From: Maricaulis sp.
GTDB lineage: Bacteria; Pseudomonadota; Alphaproteobacteria; Caulobacterales; Maricaulaceae
Reading direction: 5' to 3'
NCBI RefSeq assembly: GCF_030149235.1
Contig: NZ_JASBRW010000083.1
Location: 47,964 to 111,963 of the forward strand
DNA: 64,000 nt
Part shown: positions 62,270-64,000 of the stretch, piece after piece
How positions within the stretch are numbered: position 1 is the stretch's first letter
Layout of the letters: every line of letters begins with the position of its first letter
The notes under the pieces: generated by a model
Told to the model about the DNA's origin: nothing
Database searches by the model: none
Seen by the model: only the letters and a program-made list of their open reading frames with translations
Made by a program: the position numbers and the translations under genes

Positions 62270-63226
62270 ATGTCGCGCTATCTCGTCGCTGCACTCTACA
62301 AATTCGCCCCGCTTAACGCCGATGCCCCCCTGCAGGCGCGGATCAAATCCGTGTGCGAGGCTGAGGATGTTTACGGCACGCTATTGCTGGCCGATGAAGG
62401 CATCAACGGCACGATTGCCGGTCCGCAGGCCGGGATCGAGGCCGTGCTGGCCGATTTGCGCACCCTGCCCGGTTTCGCGGACCTGGAGCACAAGGAAAGC
62501 TGGGCCGACGAGCAACCCTTCCTGCGCATGAAAGTGCGATTGAAGAAAGAGATCGTCACCATGGGTGTGCCGGGCACCGACCCCACCCAGATCGTCGGGA
62601 CCTATGTCGAGCCGGAAGACTGGAATGACCTGATCACCGCCGAGGACGTCGTCACCATTGATACGCGCAATGATTACGAGGTCCGCATCGGCCAGTTCGA
62701 CGGCGCCATTGACCCGCAGACAGTAAACTTCCGCGAATTCCCGGACTGGTTCCGCCAATTCCGCCAAGGCCGCCCGAATGCTCGCATTGCCATGTACTGC
62801 ACCGGCGGCATTCGCTGCGAGAAGGCAACCGCCTTCGTCAAATCCGAGGGCATTGACGATGTCTATCATCTCAAGGGCGGGATCTTGAAATACCTGGAGA
62901 CCGTGCCCGAGGAAGACAGCCTGTGGCGCGGCGAGTGTTTCGTCTTTGATCGCCGGGTTGCCGTCAAGCACGGTCTGGAATTGGGCAGCTACACGCTGTG
63001 CCATGCCTGCCGCGAACCGCTGGGCCCGGAAGACCTCAAGTCCGATCTCTTCATCGCCGGCCAGCAGTGCCCGCATTGTGCCGATCGCTATAGCGCAGCC
63101 GACCGCGCCCGTTTCGCCGAACGCGAACGCCAGGAGCAACTCGCGGTTCAACGCGGTGTGCGCCATATCGGGGCCCGCCCGGAAGACCTGGCGGATCTGC
63201 AGCAGGTCGAGGGCGATGAGCGCTAG
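62270..63226 (+). CDS. trhO: rhodanese-domain tRNA uridine(34) hydroxylase (UPF0176/TrhO family)
   Basis: 318 aa from [15 protein letters not shown], with the rhodanese loop [11 protein letters not shown] and a C-terminal Cys cluster CHAC...CPHC. Confidence 0.88.
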   Translation: MSRYLVAALYKFAPLNADAPLQARIKSVCEAEDVYGTLLLADEGINGTIAGPQAGIEAVLADLRTLPGFADLEHKESWADEQPFLRMKVRLKKEIVTMGVPGTDPTQIVGTYVEPEDWNDLITAEDVVTIDTRNDYEVRIGQFDGAIDPQTVNFREFPDWFRQFRQGRPNARIAMYCTGGIRCEKATAFVKSEGIDDVYHLKGGILKYLETVPEEDSLWRGECFVFDRRVAVKHGLELGSYTLCHACREPLGPEDLKSDLFIAGQQCPHCADRYSAADRARFAERERQEQLAVQRGVRHIGARPEDLADLQQVEGDER

Positions 63227-63839
63227 CCGGCCCATCCTCTATTCCTTCCGGCGCTGCCCCTACGCCATGCGGGCACGCCTGGCGCTGGATGTCAGCGGCG
63301 TCGCCGTGGAGCACCGGGAAATCCTGCTCAAGGACAAGCCCCAGGCCATGCTGGAGGCCTCACCGAAGGGAACGGTTCCGGTTCTGGTTCTTGCCGACGG
63401 ACGCGTGCTCGAGGAAAGCCTGGACGTGATGAACTGGGCGCTGCAGCAGAACGATCCGGAAGGCTGGCTTGACCAGGATCCGCGCACAGCCTCATGGATC
63501 GCGGCCAATGACGGCCCATTCAAGCGCGCTCTGGACCGCTATAAATACGCCGGCCGATTTGACGATGCCGACGAAACCGTGGAGCGGGAAAAGGCCGCTG
63601 AATGCCTGCGCGCGCTGGATCGCGTGCTGTGCGACCAGACCTGGCTGGCGGGAGACAAACCCGGTTTGGCCGACAATGCGATTTTTCCTTTTGTGCGCCA
63701 GTTCGCGATGACTGACCGCGTCTGGTTCGATGCCCAGACCTGGCCCGCTCTGATCCTCTGGCTCGATCAGCTGCTGAACAGCGAGCGCTTTACCAACATT
63801 ATGGAAAAACACGAAATATGGACACCCGGCGCAAAGTGA
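63216..63839 (+). CDS. glutathione S-transferase family protein
   Basis: 207 aa from [24 protein letters not shown], with a GST N-terminal thioredoxin-like fold and VPVLV. It overlaps the trhO end by 11 nt. Confidence 0.85.
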   Translation: MSASRPILYSFRRCPYAMRARLALDVSGVAVEHREILLKDKPQAMLEASPKGTVPVLVLADGRVLEESLDVMNWALQQNDPEGWLDQDPRTASWIAANDGPFKRALDRYKYAGRFDDADETVEREKAAECLRALDRVLCDQTWLAGDKPGLADNAIFPFVRQFAMTDRVWFDAQTWPALILWLDQLLNSERFTNIMEKHEIWTPGAK

Positions 63840-63934
63840 TCGCGTTAACCTGCTGACTTGTTTGTGCAACGCAGCATCGAGCCGTTTTTGTGCATTTCAT
63901 AGAACTGATGCAATTAGATCGCACTCAGATCCTA

Positions 63935-63967
63935 AGTGACACCTCGCACTCAGTGAGGCCTGTCACT
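63935..63967. other. long imperfect hairpin in the lower-GC terminal intergenic region
   Basis: AGTGACA/TGTCACT outer stem plus CCTCGC/GTGAGG inner stem (2-nt bulge, 5-nt loop). It embeds the second copy of the direct repeat TCGCACTCAG (63919-63928 and 63944-63953). Confidence 0.35.
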
Positions 63968-64000
63968 GAAATGAAATATCCGCTAACGGATCGCCCGTCG

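Overview
High-GC, gene-dense chromosomal segment. It looks alphaproteobacterial, possibly marine Caulobacterales/Hyphomonadaceae-like, but that is a weak inference from protein content only. I call 54 protein-coding genes (one truncated at the 5' window edge), one apparently frame-disrupted small secreted-protein gene, one tRNA-Ser(GCU), eight intrinsic-terminator hairpins and a set of intergenic palindromes and repeats. I saw no rRNA, CRISPR array, transposase, integrase, phage gene, or recognisable defence or toxin-antitoxin module. The window therefore reads as core or metabolic-accessory DNA, not a mobile island.

Main blocks:
- 1-2907: GMC oxidoreductase / class-3 aldehyde dehydrogenase / SDR trio.
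- 2904-7616: HxlR-flanked minus-strand operon of BASS transporter, D-aminoacylase, small membrane protein and a bacterial-type PARG macrodomain.
- 8263-10452: M28 peptidase, a 420-nt gap carrying orphan terminators, then a DUF805 gene.
- 10523-21098: an 11-gene translationally coupled acyl-CoA / beta-oxidation-like operon, followed by a fatty-acid desaturase.
- 22694-26485: ccmFGHI.
- 26546-29462: SSS transporter and gcdH.
- 30076 onward: tRNA-Ser followed by TetR, Rieske oxygenase, DUF3237, a membrane-anchored beta-lactamase-fold hydrolase and DUF1295.
- 35653-38907: S9 peptidase and DUF2891.
- 39138-42872: nucleoside salvage cluster (tdk, nupC, nucleoside hydrolase, rbsK).
- 42873-49455: four co-directional secreted proteins, namely a lipoprotein, an 810-aa coiled-coil/HAF-repeat protein, a penicillin/AHL-acylase homologue and an orphan alpha/beta-hydrolase-like protein.
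- 49674-58018: ggt, fused aconitase X, an HExxH protease with three N-terminal PPC-like domains, and dcp.
- 58136-63839: serine hydrolase, murI, amine oxidase plus ChrR-like bicupin, trhO and GST.

The most unusual items, none proven novel from sequence alone, are:
- the 810-aa multi-domain HAF-repeat protein with its overlapping lipoprotein gene, inside the secreted-enzyme block;
- the triple-PPC HExxH protease;
- the orphan PARG-type macrodomain wired to a transporter/amidohydrolase operon;
- the beta-oxidation-like operon, which has a catalytic/non-catalytic acyl-CoA dehydrogenase pair;
- the orphan terminator(s) in the longest intergenic gap (candidate sRNA or leader);
- a frame-split Cys-rich secreted peptide gene next to tRNA-Ser.

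All family calls rest on motifs read by eye. No database search was possible.
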